DNA from: Polyangiales bacterium
GTDB taxonomy: Bacteria > Myxococcota_A > Polyangia > Polyangiales > Polyangiaceae
Length of the DNA: 64,000 nt
Direction: 5' to 3'
Assembly (NCBI GenBank): GCA_038230375.1
Contig: JBBRNJ010000019.1
Coordinates: 50,845 to 114,844 of the forward strand
Shown here: piece after piece, positions 28,531-38,233 of the stretch
How the letters are laid out: every line of letters begins with the position of its first letter
How positions within the stretch are numbered: position 1 is the stretch's first letter
Position numbers and translations under genes: made by a program
The notes under the pieces: model-generated
What the model was told of the DNA's origin: nothing
The model's input: the letters and a program-made list of their open reading frames with translations, nothing else
Database searches by the model: none

Positions 28531-29463
28531 GTGGCTGACCTGTACGACGTGTTGGGGGTGAAGAGGGGCGCGGACGCGGAGGCGCTCAAGAAGGCCTATC
28601 GCAAGCTCGCCCGCGAGGCGCATCCTGACAAAGCTCCCGCCGATTCGAACGCGGAGGCTCGCTTCAAGGCGATCAATCGCGCGTACGAGATCTTGAGCGA
28701 CCCGAAGCGCCGCGGTCTCTACGACGAGTTCGGAGAGGCGTCATTTCGCACCGGCTTCGATCCACAGAAGGCACGAGCACGCGCGAATGAAGCACGAGCG
28801 AACGCCGGCATCCGCGCAGAGACCGTGTCCGTAAGAGGTATCGACAGCGGCATCCCCACCGCCGCGCCGAGCAACGGCTTCGACATGTTGAACTCGCTCA
28901 TCGGCCGCCGTCGCAAGAACGGCGTGCGCGGCGCGGACTTCGAAGCTGAGCTCGCGATCGAGTTCGCGGAGGCCGTGCGTGGCACCCAGCGGCTCCTGCA
29001 CGGGCTGCCTGGTGCGCTCTCACTCAAGGTGAACATTCCTCGCGGCGTGCTGGATGGAAGCCGCATTCGCATCGCGAACGAGGGCGCCCCCTCCGTGGGC
29101 GATGGTCCGAACGGCGATCTGTTCCTCAAGATCAAGGTCAGGCCGCACCCTCATTTCCACAGAGAAGGAAACGATCTGCACCTGCGTCTGCCGGTCACGC
29201 TGCGCGAGGCTTACTTCGGCGCGAAGGTGCTCCTGCCCACGGCAGATGGCAACGTCCGGCTCAAGATTCCACCGTCCAGTCAGACCGGAGACGTGCTTCG
29301 CGTGCGACACAAAGGCATCGTGGCCGAGTCAGGCGCGACTGGCGATCTGCTGGTGCACGTGATGGTGCAGGCGCCCACGGCGAGCACCGCGGCGGTCGCG
29401 AAGTTGATCGAGCAGCTCGCCGAACATCAGAAGGACGATCCTCGCGCGGGCGTCACGCTCTGA
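28531..29463 (+). CDS. DnaJ class II chaperone (CbpA-like, no zinc finger)
   Basis: [11 protein letters not shown] motif and DnaJ C-terminal domain (GDLFLKI, GDLLV). Confidence 0.93.
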   Translation: MADLYDVLGVKRGADAEALKKAYRKLAREAHPDKAPADSNAEARFKAINRAYEILSDPKRRGLYDEFGEASFRTGFDPQKARARANEARANAGIRAETVSVRGIDSGIPTAAPSNGFDMLNSLIGRRRKNGVRGADFEAELAIEFAEAVRGTQRLLHGLPGALSLKVNIPRGVLDGSRIRIANEGAPSVGDGPNGDLFLKIKVRPHPHFHREGNDLHLRLPVTLREAYFGAKVLLPTADGNVRLKIPPSSQTGDVLRVRHKGIVAESGATGDLLVHVMVQAPTASTAAVAKLIEQLAEHQKDDPRAGVTL

Positions 29464-29465
29464 CG

Positions 29466-29924
29466 TCAGAAGTGCCCGGCGACCCGCGACTGCATGAAGA
29501 GCACGAACAGACCGAACGCGATCGCGAGCAGCGCAAACCCCAGGTAAATGAGCGCCCACAGCGGTGTGCGGACGCGCACCTCGGGCTGCTGCATCAGTGG
29601 CGCGCTCATGGGTGCAGGCGCACTCTGAGGAGCAGGCACGTACACCTGAGGAGCGCTCGGCGGCGCAGCGCCGATCCGTGGTGGTGCGAACGCAGGTGGC
29701 GGCGGCGCGAATGCGGGCGGCGCGCTTCCCGCAGCGGGGCGCTGGGGCATCGGAAGCGTACCCTGGTCGCGCTGGAGTGGAGCCAGCTCGGCGGTTCCTC
29801 CGGTCAGCTGCTGGAAGATCTCGTCGGTGAAATCGCGCGGAGGCTCCGCGATCGTCTGATCGGGATCCTCCGGCACCTTCGGCGGCGTCGGCTTCACGCC
29901 GCCTCGGGGCTTGATCGGGCTCAT
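29466..29924 (-). CDS. Pro-rich protein with C-terminal TM anchor
   Basis: ATGA-coupled to the kinase stop; TM segment LWALIYLGFALLAIAFGLF. Confidence 0.75.
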   Translation of the reverse strand: MSPIKPRGGVKPTPPKVPEDPDQTIAEPPRDFTDEIFQQLTGGTAELAPLQRDQGTLPMPQRPAAGSAPPAFAPPPPAFAPPRIGAAPPSAPQVYVPAPQSAPAPMSAPLMQQPEVRVRTPLWALIYLGFALLAIAFGLFVLFMQSRVAGHF

Positions 29925-31177
29925 ACACCACCCGTGCCGTGGCGCATCTGCCACGAGAGCATGAACACGCGCGCCCACACGAGCACGAGCAGCACCGTCA
30001 CCGCCAACATCGCAGGCAAGAGCCAACTGGGCCACACGACCTTCGCAGCGGCGCGGGGGACGTGTTGCTCCATCTGCTCGGCCAGTCCGGGCAGCGCAGT
30101 CGCGATCGGTACGCCCTCCGGCGGGATCGACGCCATGGGTCTGCGGACTGGTCCGCCCGGGGTCGCCACAGCGTCGCGCGCGTTCGCTTCTTCGATCGCA
30201 GCGCGGATGCGCGCACGTCGCTCGTTCGAGGTCGTCTGCATGAACGCCTGCGTCGCGGCAGTCACGTCGTCGAACGACATGGGCCGCGACATGCTCGCCT
30301 CCAGGGCGCGCTCCAGCTCCTGCGCGGTCTGGAATCGCTTCTCCGGATCGGGCTGCAGCGCCCGCTCGAGCACATCGGCGACCCTCGGCGGAAGCTCCGT
30401 CGCGCGCGGCGGCGGATCACCAGAGCTGAGCTTGAAGAGCATCGCTGCGTCGTTCGGTGCGTCGAAGACGAGCCGCCCCGTGAGCGCGGTGTAGACGACG
30501 GCACCCACGGCGAAGATGTCCGCGCGCCGATCGAACGGCATCGACATCGCCTGCTCCGGCGCCATGTATTCGAGCTTGCCCTTCACGAGGCCCGTCATCG
30601 TGGCCTGCGCCAGGCGGTTCTTCGCCTTCGCCACACCGAAGTCGATGATCTTCGCGACGCCGGTCTCACTCACCAGGATGTTCTGCGGCGACACGTCACG
30701 GTGAACGACGTTGAGGCGCCCGCCCGACTCGTCGCGCAGCTCGTGGGCCGCATGCAGGCCGCGCGCGGTCTGTGCAGCCACGGAGAGGATCACATCGATG
30801 GGAAGCGGATGCCCGGCCGCCTTCGCCGCGCGCACGATCTGGTCGAGCGAGTCCCCCTGGATCCACTCGAAGACCATGAACATCACGCCGTTGTCTTCGC
30901 CCAGGTCCTCGATCGTGGCCACGTTGACGTGCCGGATCTGCGAGGCGATGCGTGCCTCGTCCAGGAACATGGTGCGGAAGTCCTCCTCGTCTGCGCGCTC
31001 CGGGAGCATCGTCTTCACTGCAAAAAGCTTCGTGAAACCGTGCTTTCCCGAGACGCGCGCAAGCCACACCTGCGCCATGCCGCCCTTCGCCCTAGGCGTG
31101 AGCAGCTCGTAGCGCGAATCAAGGCGGGTGCCCGGCCGGAGATGGCCCTGGATATTTTCCCGGTCCAATTCACTCAA
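29921..31177 (-). CDS. Ser/Thr protein kinase (HRDVSPQN clade) with C-terminal TM
   Basis: GGMAQVW, FAVK, HRDVSPQN, DFG and GKLEYMAPEQ motifs. Confidence 0.95.
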   Translation of the reverse strand: MSELDRENIQGHLRPGTRLDSRYELLTPRAKGGMAQVWLARVSGKHGFTKLFAVKTMLPERADEEDFRTMFLDEARIASQIRHVNVATIEDLGEDNGVMFMVFEWIQGDSLDQIVRAAKAAGHPLPIDVILSVAAQTARGLHAAHELRDESGGRLNVVHRDVSPQNILVSETGVAKIIDFGVAKAKNRLAQATMTGLVKGKLEYMAPEQAMSMPFDRRADIFAVGAVVYTALTGRLVFDAPNDAAMLFKLSSGDPPPRATELPPRVADVLERALQPDPEKRFQTAQELERALEASMSRPMSFDDVTAATQAFMQTTSNERRARIRAAIEEANARDAVATPGGPVRRPMASIPPEGVPIATALPGLAEQMEQHVPRAAAKVVWPSWLLPAMLAVTVLLVLVWARVFMLSWQMRHGTGGV

Positions 31178-31235
31178 GTATAGTCGAAGGTCGTTCCACT
31201 ACGCAGTTTCGCGCAACGAGAGTCAGGAATCCCCT

Positions 31236-33026
31236 ATGGGCGAGCAGACACGGTTCAGGCAGTTCTCGACCCGATTCCTGATGACGAACCTCAGCGGGGG
31301 GCGGCGCTGGAAGAGGGTCGTCCTGGGCTCGCTCTTCGGAGTGATCCTCATCGGTGGCATCGTTGCGGGCGGCGTTTATGCCCTTGGCGCGAACGACATC
31401 GGGCTCCTCCACAAGGACTGGGCCGGACTGCAGTCCTGCATGCTCGGGGCCCCGCTGAAGGCGGGGGAGCTGCCTGCTGAAAGGGTGAGAGCACTCGAGC
31501 TCGCATCGGTGGGCACGGATCCCACGACGCGCCCGAAGAAGGGCTCCGACACCTGGCCCGCCTCGTGCGCGCCGCAGGCCGCGGCCGTCCAGGCCCACGG
31601 AATCGGTGCAGAGCATGGCAAGGAGCTGGTCGCCGCGGCCACCGCGCTCGCCACCGCGCTCGCCGCGCAGCGAAGCGGGTCAACGGACTTCTCGAAGGCC
31701 GTCACCGACACCTGGGCCGCTGCCGCGGCATCCGGACTCAAGGACCCGCCGGGTGAAGCCGACGCGACCACACCGAAGCCCGTCGACGTTGCCTTCCCGG
31801 GATTCGAAGCCAGCAAGCGGATGCTCGGCGCGGAGAATCTCACCACCACGACCATCTTCGCGCAGCCTGCGACCAGCGGCGTGGTGCGCTTCCTGGTGGA
31901 TGATCGCTCCATCCCGAGCGGACCCGTGGTGTGCACTGCAGCCGAAGCGGACAGCGGGCTCGGGTGCACGCGGCTCGGCAGCGACGTGACCGCGCAGACT
32001 GGACTGCGTCTTCTCGGAGCCAGCGAGCCTTCCGTGCCGCCGTACGTCTTTGCAGGAGACCGCGGTGACAGCGGCGTCTTCGGAAGCGACGGCAAGCTTG
32101 CGATGAAGGATGTCACCACGTACGGCGCATCGTTCGTGGACGCCAAGAAGGCGCGCTTGCTCATCCGCCGCGGCGGCGCAAAGAGCCTCTGGATCGTCGA
32201 GCAGACAACGGGTGGTGCCGCGGTCGACGTCGCCCAGATGTCGGGCTCGCAGATTGACAACCTCAACGACGCCACGCTCGCGTTCGATTCGCTGGTCTGG
32301 CTCTCGGGCCTCAAGAACACTCCGCCGTCGCACCTCATGGTTCAAGGTCTTGCGGCTGCAGCCGGTGCGCCGGTCGACGTTGGCGAGATCCCGGATGCGT
32401 CGCTCAACACTGGCGACAAGACGGCGCGCTTCACGGCGTGCCGTGCCGGTGACACCACCGCGCTACGTGTGCACGCTGTGAAGGCGGACTACGTGACCGT
32501 GCTTGCGCAGGGCAAGTGGGGCGCACCTGCTGCCATTCCGCCTGCGGTCCGTGGAGGCACGCTCACGTGTCGCAACGGCGAGGCGATGCTCGTGAAGGTC
32601 ACACATCAGGAGGGCTCTGGTCCGGACCACCCGATGATCGACATCGCGCGCTGCAAGCCGGGCGCATGCGAGCTCCTCGGCCACGTCAGTCTGTCCGAGA
32701 TCGTGCATGGCGATCCGGGAGCTCTCCCGTTGACCAAGGAAGCCTCCACCGCCGTCGCGATCGACGACAAGCTGCTCCTGGTCTGGGCATCTGCGCAGGG
32801 CGGCGTGCGCGCGCGCATGGGCGCGGTGGCCGAGCTCGCGACCGCGAAAGACACGATCCTCTCCGCAGAGGTGGACAAGCAGACCGGCGCGCCCACCGCG
32901 CTCGACGTCTCCGCCATTCCCGCAGCGCGGTTCGCGGTGGTCCTGGTCCGGACCACCTCCGGAATTGCGTCGCTCAAGGTGGATACGACCGGCTCGTTCG
33001 CGCCCCTCCCTGCGGCGTTCAAATAG
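31236..33026 (+). CDS. Membrane-anchored extracytoplasmic hypothetical protein
   Basis: N-terminal TM, paired Cys and beta-rich body; start uncertain (31236 or 31281). Confidence 0.8.
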   Translation: MGEQTRFRQFSTRFLMTNLSGGRRWKRVVLGSLFGVILIGGIVAGGVYALGANDIGLLHKDWAGLQSCMLGAPLKAGELPAERVRALELASVGTDPTTRPKKGSDTWPASCAPQAAAVQAHGIGAEHGKELVAAATALATALAAQRSGSTDFSKAVTDTWAAAAASGLKDPPGEADATTPKPVDVAFPGFEASKRMLGAENLTTTTIFAQPATSGVVRFLVDDRSIPSGPVVCTAAEADSGLGCTRLGSDVTAQTGLRLLGASEPSVPPYVFAGDRGDSGVFGSDGKLAMKDVTTYGASFVDAKKARLLIRRGGAKSLWIVEQTTGGAAVDVAQMSGSQIDNLNDATLAFDSLVWLSGLKNTPPSHLMVQGLAAAAGAPVDVGEIPDASLNTGDKTARFTACRAGDTTALRVHAVKADYVTVLAQGKWGAPAAIPPAVRGGTLTCRNGEAMLVKVTHQEGSGPDHPMIDIARCKPGACELLGHVSLSEIVHGDPGALPLTKEASTAVAIDDKLLLVWASAQGGVRARMGAVAELATAKDTILSAEVDKQTGAPTALDVSAIPAARFAVVLVRTTSGIASLKVDTTGSFAPLPAAFK

Positions 33027-33149
33027 CAGTCTCGTCTCCAACGACATCGCGCATTGAGCTCAGCCGACGGTTGGTGTACGCCGGTCTTGCCAAGCGGGGG
33101 GCTTCGGCTCTTCTGGTCGCGCGACCCCCGCAGCAACCGGAGAAGCATC

Positions 33150-34268
33150 TTGCGTAAATACCTCGTCCTCGTCCCGTTCGTCCTCGCGTCCCTTGCTGCC
33201 TGCGACGACAAGCCGTCCTCGCCTGCGCCGTCCGCATCCGTGAGCGCCAACGCCGCCACGATGGCCGCAAGCGCGAGCGCCGCGCCCGTTGTGCCCAAGC
33301 TCACGATGACGGAGCTCCAGACGAAGGCGAACAAGGCCTCCATCGAGGCCTGGAACAGCCACGACGCGAAGAAGGTCGCTGCGCTGTTCGCTGCGGACGG
33401 CGTGCTCAAGGTCCCCGGCATGCCGGATGCGAAGGGCACCGATGCGATCACCACGGACGCGCAGATGGTGCTCGCGGGCTTCCCGGACTTCAAGGCCGCA
33501 TACTCGAACATCGTCACGAAGGGGAATACCCAGGTCCTCGAGTGGACCACCACCGGCACCAACACCGGCGAGTGGATGGGCCAGAAGGCGACCGGCCGTC
33601 CCATGGGCATCAACGGCGTCAGCGTCGTCACGTACAACGACGACGGCCTCATCAAGGAAGAGCACCGCTACTTTGACGTGCCGACCATCTCCTCGCAGCT
33701 CGACGCGAAGGCGAAGGATGGAACGTTCCGCCCCGTCGCGAAGCTTCCGGCCGCCACGGAGAACCACGTCGCGAAGGACGACGCGGCAGTGCTCGGCAAG
33801 GTCAACGAGATCTACGCGGCGATGGACACCGGCAAGATCGACGCGGTCATGGCGTTCTACACCGACGACACCACGTTCGACGACTTCAGCAGCCCCGCGA
33901 CCGCGAAGGGCAAGAAGGCCAACAAGGACTGGCTGAACGGATTGCTCACGGGTTTCCCCGACGCAAAGCAGATGAACCCAACCCAGGTCGTCGCGGATGG
34001 CTGGGTCATCTCTGAAGGCGTCTTCAACGGGACGCACAAGGGAACGTTCGGGCCGCTCAAGGCGACGAACAAGCCGGTCAGCGTGCACTACGTAGACGTG
34101 TGGCAGCTGAAGGACGGCAAGGTCGCCACCGCGCGCACTTACCTGAACAGCCTGGAGCTGCTCGTCCAGGTCGGCGCGATGCCGGCGCCCGGCGCAAAGC
34201 CCATGGCGAGCGGCGCGCCCTCCGGCAGCGCAGCGCCCATGACCGCGCCCAAGGCGTCAGCGAAGTAG
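33150..34268 (+). CDS. Lipoprotein with two tandem SnoaL/NTF2-like (ester cyclase) domains
   Basis: Lipobox LAAC; two GFPD..GT(N/H)xG..AT(G/N)(R/K)P repeats. Confidence 0.88.
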   Translation: MRKYLVLVPFVLASLAACDDKPSSPAPSASVSANAATMAASASAAPVVPKLTMTELQTKANKASIEAWNSHDAKKVAALFAADGVLKVPGMPDAKGTDAITTDAQMVLAGFPDFKAAYSNIVTKGNTQVLEWTTTGTNTGEWMGQKATGRPMGINGVSVVTYNDDGLIKEEHRYFDVPTISSQLDAKAKDGTFRPVAKLPAATENHVAKDDAAVLGKVNEIYAAMDTGKIDAVMAFYTDDTTFDDFSSPATAKGKKANKDWLNGLLTGFPDAKQMNPTQVVADGWVISEGVFNGTHKGTFGPLKATNKPVSVHYVDVWQLKDGKVATARTYLNSLELLVQVGAMPAPGAKPMASGAPSGSAAPMTAPKASAK

Positions 34269-34271
34269 TCG

Positions 34272-34814
34272 CTACGGCAACGCGGGCTTCGCGTTCACGA
34301 CACCCACCGGGAAGAGGCGCTCACGGGGCGCCTCGTCGTGACAGTCGGCGCACATGGTGCCGGGCCCGTCGAACACCAGGCCGCCGCGCGCGCCCACGAC
34401 CACGTACCGGAAATCACCGTGTGTGGGGGCGTAGCCGGCGGCCCTCTTTTCCATGAAGTACGTGGGACCAGGGATGGGTGTTGCTGCGCGCTCGGTGTGC
34501 TCCACCGCGAACATCGCGCCTTCCGTCGCGGGCACGCCGTTCTGCAGCGCGTCGCATCCGAGTTCGTTGCACCATACATCTATATCCCAGCGCCCCGAAG
34601 CATGCCCGACGGACAGGACGCGCGCCGGCGTGACCTTCTTCATGGTGGTCTTGAAGCGCGCGAGCTCAGGGCTCACGGGCGGACCCGCATCCGCACCAGC
34701 GTCCGGAGTCTTTGGCGCCACGCGCGGATCCGACGTACCCACGACGCTGTCGGGCTTCGCTGCGCACGCGGCTGCAACGCTCGCGGTCACGAGCACCGTC
34801 ACGAGCCCCATCAT
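34272..34814 (-). CDS. Cytochrome P460 / c'-beta family lipoprotein
   Basis: Lipobox AAAC; FMEKRAAGYAP..GDFRY and C-terminal CADCH. Confidence 0.78.
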   Translation of the reverse strand: MMGLVTVLVTASVAAACAAKPDSVVGTSDPRVAPKTPDAGADAGPPVSPELARFKTTMKKVTPARVLSVGHASGRWDIDVWCNELGCDALQNGVPATEGAMFAVEHTERAATPIPGPTYFMEKRAAGYAPTHGDFRYVVVGARGGLVFDGPGTMCADCHDEAPRERLFPVGVVNAKPALP

Positions 34815-34840
34815 CTGGGAGACTGCGCAGGCAGAACGAC

Positions 34841-35971
34841 TCAGAAGAAGGCGCCTGCTTCGAGGTTCAGGATCCACTGGCGTGAGCCCACGATGCCCGG
34901 GTTCTCCTCCGCGGGGTCCGTCAGGTCGATGATGAACTGAGAGCCGAGGTAGATCGCCTCGTAGCGGTAGTTCAGGCCCACCATGCCGCGGTGGCGGTGG
35001 ATGCGCACCTTCTGGAAGGTGAAGTTGTTGTTGAAGTCGCCGTTGTTGTCGGCGCCCGTCGAGAGCTTGTTGCCGCAGACAGGCGTGCCTTTCACCGGGT
35101 CTGCGCCCTGGTAGCCGCACTGCGAGAGCGCGTCCACGTTCGGCGTGCCGTCGATGATGTTGGAGTCACCGAAGATGAAGAGGCGCTGATAGCCGATATG
35201 CGGCGTGAGCTGCGCGCTGTCCGCGATGGGGATCGGCTTCGAGATCTTCACGTCGAAGGCAGCGGTGGTGAGCAGGTACTTCGAGTTGCCGGTGAGCGTG
35301 CGAACGCCACCGCCGACGGATACATCCGGGATGATGCCAGGCGCGCCCTTGCGGAAGCCTTCGAGCAAGGACCAGTTGATGTCGCCGCCGCCCACCCACA
35401 TGCTCGTGTTGCCGATGTAGCCGAGTGACGCGGCGAGCTCGAAGCCGAGCGGCAGACCCTTGCGCGCCTTGAGCGAGTAGATCTGCAGGAGCCCGTCCGG
35501 GCTGTTGTTCACCGTGGAGAACTGGTTCTTGTTCGGGTCGATGGAGCCGCGGGTTCCCTGGTGCCAGTACTGCACCGAAGTGCCGTCGGCTTCCTTGACC
35601 GCCTGGTCAGCGTTGATCTTCGCGTAGCTCGCCTCGAAGCTGAGGGCGAACCCGCCGACGCCGGTGGTGCGCGCGGGGTAGAACGAGTTCGGTGCGATGG
35701 CGAAGCCCATCTCCGAGACCATGTTCCGGAACGACAGGTTGGCCGGTCGGCAGGCGAGATCATTGGGCTTGAGCCCGGCCTTCACCGCTAGCTCGGGGTT
35801 CAGCGCGATGCCCTGACAACTGGTGCCAGCTGGCAGGTTCGGGGGCTGGAGCACGAGGCGTTCGGGAGTGGGGTCCATGCCACCGCTCGCATGGGCCTGC
35901 CGCACGCCGAGCAAGCAGCTGAGCAGGGAGCCGAGAAGCACGGTGGAAGCGAGAAGGCGAGGCGTGCGCAA
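34841..35971 (-). CDS. Putative outer-membrane beta-barrel protein
   Basis: Signal peptide ending AHA; amphipathic strands; C-terminal Phe (LNLEAGAFF). Confidence 0.75.
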   Translation of the reverse strand: MRTPRLLASTVLLGSLLSCLLGVRQAHASGGMDPTPERLVLQPPNLPAGTSCQGIALNPELAVKAGLKPNDLACRPANLSFRNMVSEMGFAIAPNSFYPARTTGVGGFALSFEASYAKINADQAVKEADGTSVQYWHQGTRGSIDPNKNQFSTVNNSPDGLLQIYSLKARKGLPLGFELAASLGYIGNTSMWVGGGDINWSLLEGFRKGAPGIIPDVSVGGGVRTLTGNSKYLLTTAAFDVKISKPIPIADSAQLTPHIGYQRLFIFGDSNIIDGTPNVDALSQCGYQGADPVKGTPVCGNKLSTGADNNGDFNNNFTFQKVRIHRHRGMVGLNYRYEAIYLGSQFIIDLTDPAEENPGIVGSRQWILNLEAGAFF

Positions 35972-36134
35972 AGGGCGAGATCTCCAGGCGCGCGGGGTGC
36001 TCGGGCAGGGGGCGAGCCGAGCAAGACGCGTGTCTGGGCGAGGCTACGAGGAGGCCGGGTTTGGCGTCAAGCCACTCCTGTGACTTGCGCGGAATCGGCT
36101 CTGCGTGTGAAGAAGGCGGGCCCAGGGAGAAGCC

Positions 36135-36671
36135 GTGCCGCGAACGACCAACGACACCCCCCGCCTTCGCGCCGCGCCGCTCGGCAAACCCTTCCATGTT
36201 GTGCTGGTCGAGCCTGAAATACCGCCCAACACGGGTAACGTGGCCCGCCTGTGCGCGGCCACCGGGTCGCCGCTCCATCTGGTCGGGCGGCTCGGTTTCC
36301 GCATCGACGAGCACGCGGTGCGTCGTGCCGGCGTGGACTACTGGCACCTCGTCGATGTCCGGCAGCACGTGGATTTTCCGCATTTCGTGCACGCGTTCGA
36401 GCAGGCCTCGCCGGGCGGGCGCTTGCACCTCTTCAGCGCGGTGACTGAACGAAGCTACCTCTCGTGCGGTCTTGCCCCCGGCGATGCGCTGGTCTTCGGA
36501 AAGGAGAGCGTGGGCCTCCCCGACGAGTTGCTTGCACAATACAAGGATTCCCTCGCGGCGATCCCCACGCTCGGCGCGGTCCGGTCGCTGAATCTTGCGA
36601 ATGCCGTCGGGATCGTCCTGTTCGAGGCGCTCCGCGGCGCGGGCGCTCTCGATCATACGTTCCTGGGGTAG
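36135..36671 (+). CDS. trmL: tRNA (cytidine/uridine-34-2'-O)-methyltransferase
   Basis: EPEIPPNTGNVARLC, RRAGVDYW, FGKESVGLP and RSLNL motifs. Confidence 0.93.
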   Translation: MPRTTNDTPRLRAAPLGKPFHVVLVEPEIPPNTGNVARLCAATGSPLHLVGRLGFRIDEHAVRRAGVDYWHLVDVRQHVDFPHFVHAFEQASPGGRLHLFSAVTERSYLSCGLAPGDALVFGKESVGLPDELLAQYKDSLAAIPTLGAVRSLNLANAVGIVLFEALRGAGALDHTFLG

Positions 36672-36707
36672 CCGAGGCGAAGGTGTGGTCGCCACGGCAC
36701 GCTCGCG

Positions 36708-36751
36708 AAACACAAAACGACGAAGCCAGCGAGACTTGCCCGCTGGCTTCG
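36708..36751 (-). terminator. Intrinsic terminator for 36776..37714
   Basis: 11-bp stem cgaagccagcg/cgctggcttcg followed on the - strand by tcgttttgtgttt. Confidence 0.7.
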
Positions 36752-36775
36752 AACGTTGCAGGAGTGCTTGCCGGC

Positions 36776-37714
36776 TTACTTGCCGAACTTCTGCCACTTC
36801 TTGAACGCGGGGTCGTTCAGCAGCTTGTAGAGCTGCGTGAGGTCCGCCTGGACCTTCTTCGCCGCCCCACCAGCCGACGGGGCCTTGCCTGTCGCCGCGC
36901 CGGGTGAGGTCGAGCCCTTCTCGAGCATCTTGATCAGCTTCTCCAGAAGCTTCGCGAGCGCGTCTCCGGAGCTGCCACCCGCGGGCTTGCCGCTCGGCTT
37001 GCCGCCGCTGCCGCCACTGGGCTTGCCGCCGCCGCTGCCGCCGCTGGGCTTGCCTGCGCCGCTGCCGCTGCCGCTCGGCTTGCCTGCCTTGCCGGAGCCG
37101 GTCTTGCCCGAGGGGTCCTTGGCGTTGCTGTTGGGATCGGGATTCTCGTCCGTGTTGTCCGGATTCATCTCCTCATCCATCATGTTGGGGTCGTTCTCGT
37201 TGAGATCGTCATCCTCGTTGTTCAGGTTGTCGTCCATGTTGTTCATGTTGTCGTCCATGCTGTCGACATCGTCCTGACCCGTCTGGGTGTCGGCCGCGCC
37301 GCTGCCGTCGCCGCTTCCGCTGCTGCCACCGCTTCCGCCGCTTCCGCCGCTTCCGCCGCTTCCACCGCCGCTTCCGCCGCCCGTGTTCTGCGTGGCGACG
37401 CTGCCGGTGCCGTTGCGATCGGCGATCGCCTGGTTCATCAGTTCTTCCATCCGCGCGACGGCGCGAGCCTGGATCTTGGCGATCTTCACCAGCCGGTGGC
37501 CGGGGGCGACGATCGTCGGGTCGCCGTGGGACACGACCTGCAGCTCATGGCGGAGCGCGATCGCGTCCACGATCGCCTGCGCCGATGCCGCCTTCAACGG
37601 GGCGATCGTCTGTGCCGGATCGCCGGGGGGCGGCTCCGACGAAGAATCACCACCGCTGCAACCCACCACAACCAAAGCACCAACGAGATAAGCGATCGAG
37701 GTAAGGGTTTTCAT
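36776..37714 (-). CDS. Low-complexity lipoprotein (GGS, D/N/M-rich and GKPSG blocks)
   Basis: Lipobox VVVGC; GGAGGT SD. Confidence 0.85.
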   Translation of the reverse strand: MKTLTSIAYLVGALVVVGCSGGDSSSEPPPGDPAQTIAPLKAASAQAIVDAIALRHELQVVSHGDPTIVAPGHRLVKIAKIQARAVARMEELMNQAIADRNGTGSVATQNTGGGSGGGSGGSGGSGGSGGSSGSGDGSGAADTQTGQDDVDSMDDNMNNMDDNLNNEDDDLNENDPNMMDEEMNPDNTDENPDPNSNAKDPSGKTGSGKAGKPSGSGSGAGKPSGGSGGGKPSGGSGGKPSGKPAGGSSGDALAKLLEKLIKMLEKGSTSPGAATGKAPSAGGAAKKVQADLTQLYKLLNDPAFKKWQKFGK

Positions 37715-37740
37715 GGGGTGACCTCCTGGTCCTCATACTC

Positions 37741-37756
37741 GCAAGACCGTTGCCAA
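37741..37756 (-). promoter_or_regulatory. Sigma-54 (-24/-12) promoter
   Basis: TTGGCAACGGTCTTGC = GG-N10-GC. Confidence 0.7.
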
Positions 37757-37902
37757 CTTCCCTCCGCCTCCGCACACCGGCAAGCCCCTGAAATGTGGCG
37801 ATGGCGTGCTTGTAGGGAAGACTCCCCTGGAAGTGTACGGAGGATCGAGCCGCGACCACCGCACGGATGGCTGTCACGCGCAGGAGACGTCTCGGCGCTG
37901 AC

Positions 37903-37952
37903 AAAATGAAAACAGCGCGCTCGTCGAGGAGTTCCTCGAGCGAAACGCGCTG
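37903..37952 (-). terminator. Putative intrinsic terminator downstream of the small lipoprotein gene
   Basis: cagcgcg..tcgagg/cctcga..cgcgctg hairpin followed on the - strand by ttttcatttt. Confidence 0.55.
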
Positions 37953-38014
37953 CGCTCCGGAGTTCGCCGATCACCGCGTCTGGATCGCGGAATCAGGCTC
38001 GGTAGAACCGGTCC

Positions 38015-38200
38015 TCAGCGGTGCCAGGGATGGTCATCGTACGACAGCGCCGACGGCGACTGCTCCCCACGTGACGTGGACACCGTCATTCGCCCTTGCT
38101 CCGGGAAAGTCACGCTGCAGCCTGCGGAGAGCGCCGTCAGGCACGCGAGGATGGCGAGCGTCACGATGCCGCGGGCTTGGGAGGCGAGGTTGATACGCAT
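38015..38200 (-). CDS. Small putative lipoprotein (61 aa)
   Basis: Signal peptide with lipobox LSAGC. Confidence 0.55.
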   Translation of the reverse strand: MRINLASQARGIVTLAILACLTALSAGCSVTFPEQGRMTVSTSRGEQSPSALSYDDHPWHR

Positions 38201-38233
38201 ACCGGTACTACTCGAACCGGGCCCGCACCTTCC

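Noticed and set aside
37715..38014. tRNA or riboswitch in the ~300-nt intergenic region
   Set aside because: No cloverleaf or recognisable aptamer; explained by a terminator plus the sigma-54 upstream region
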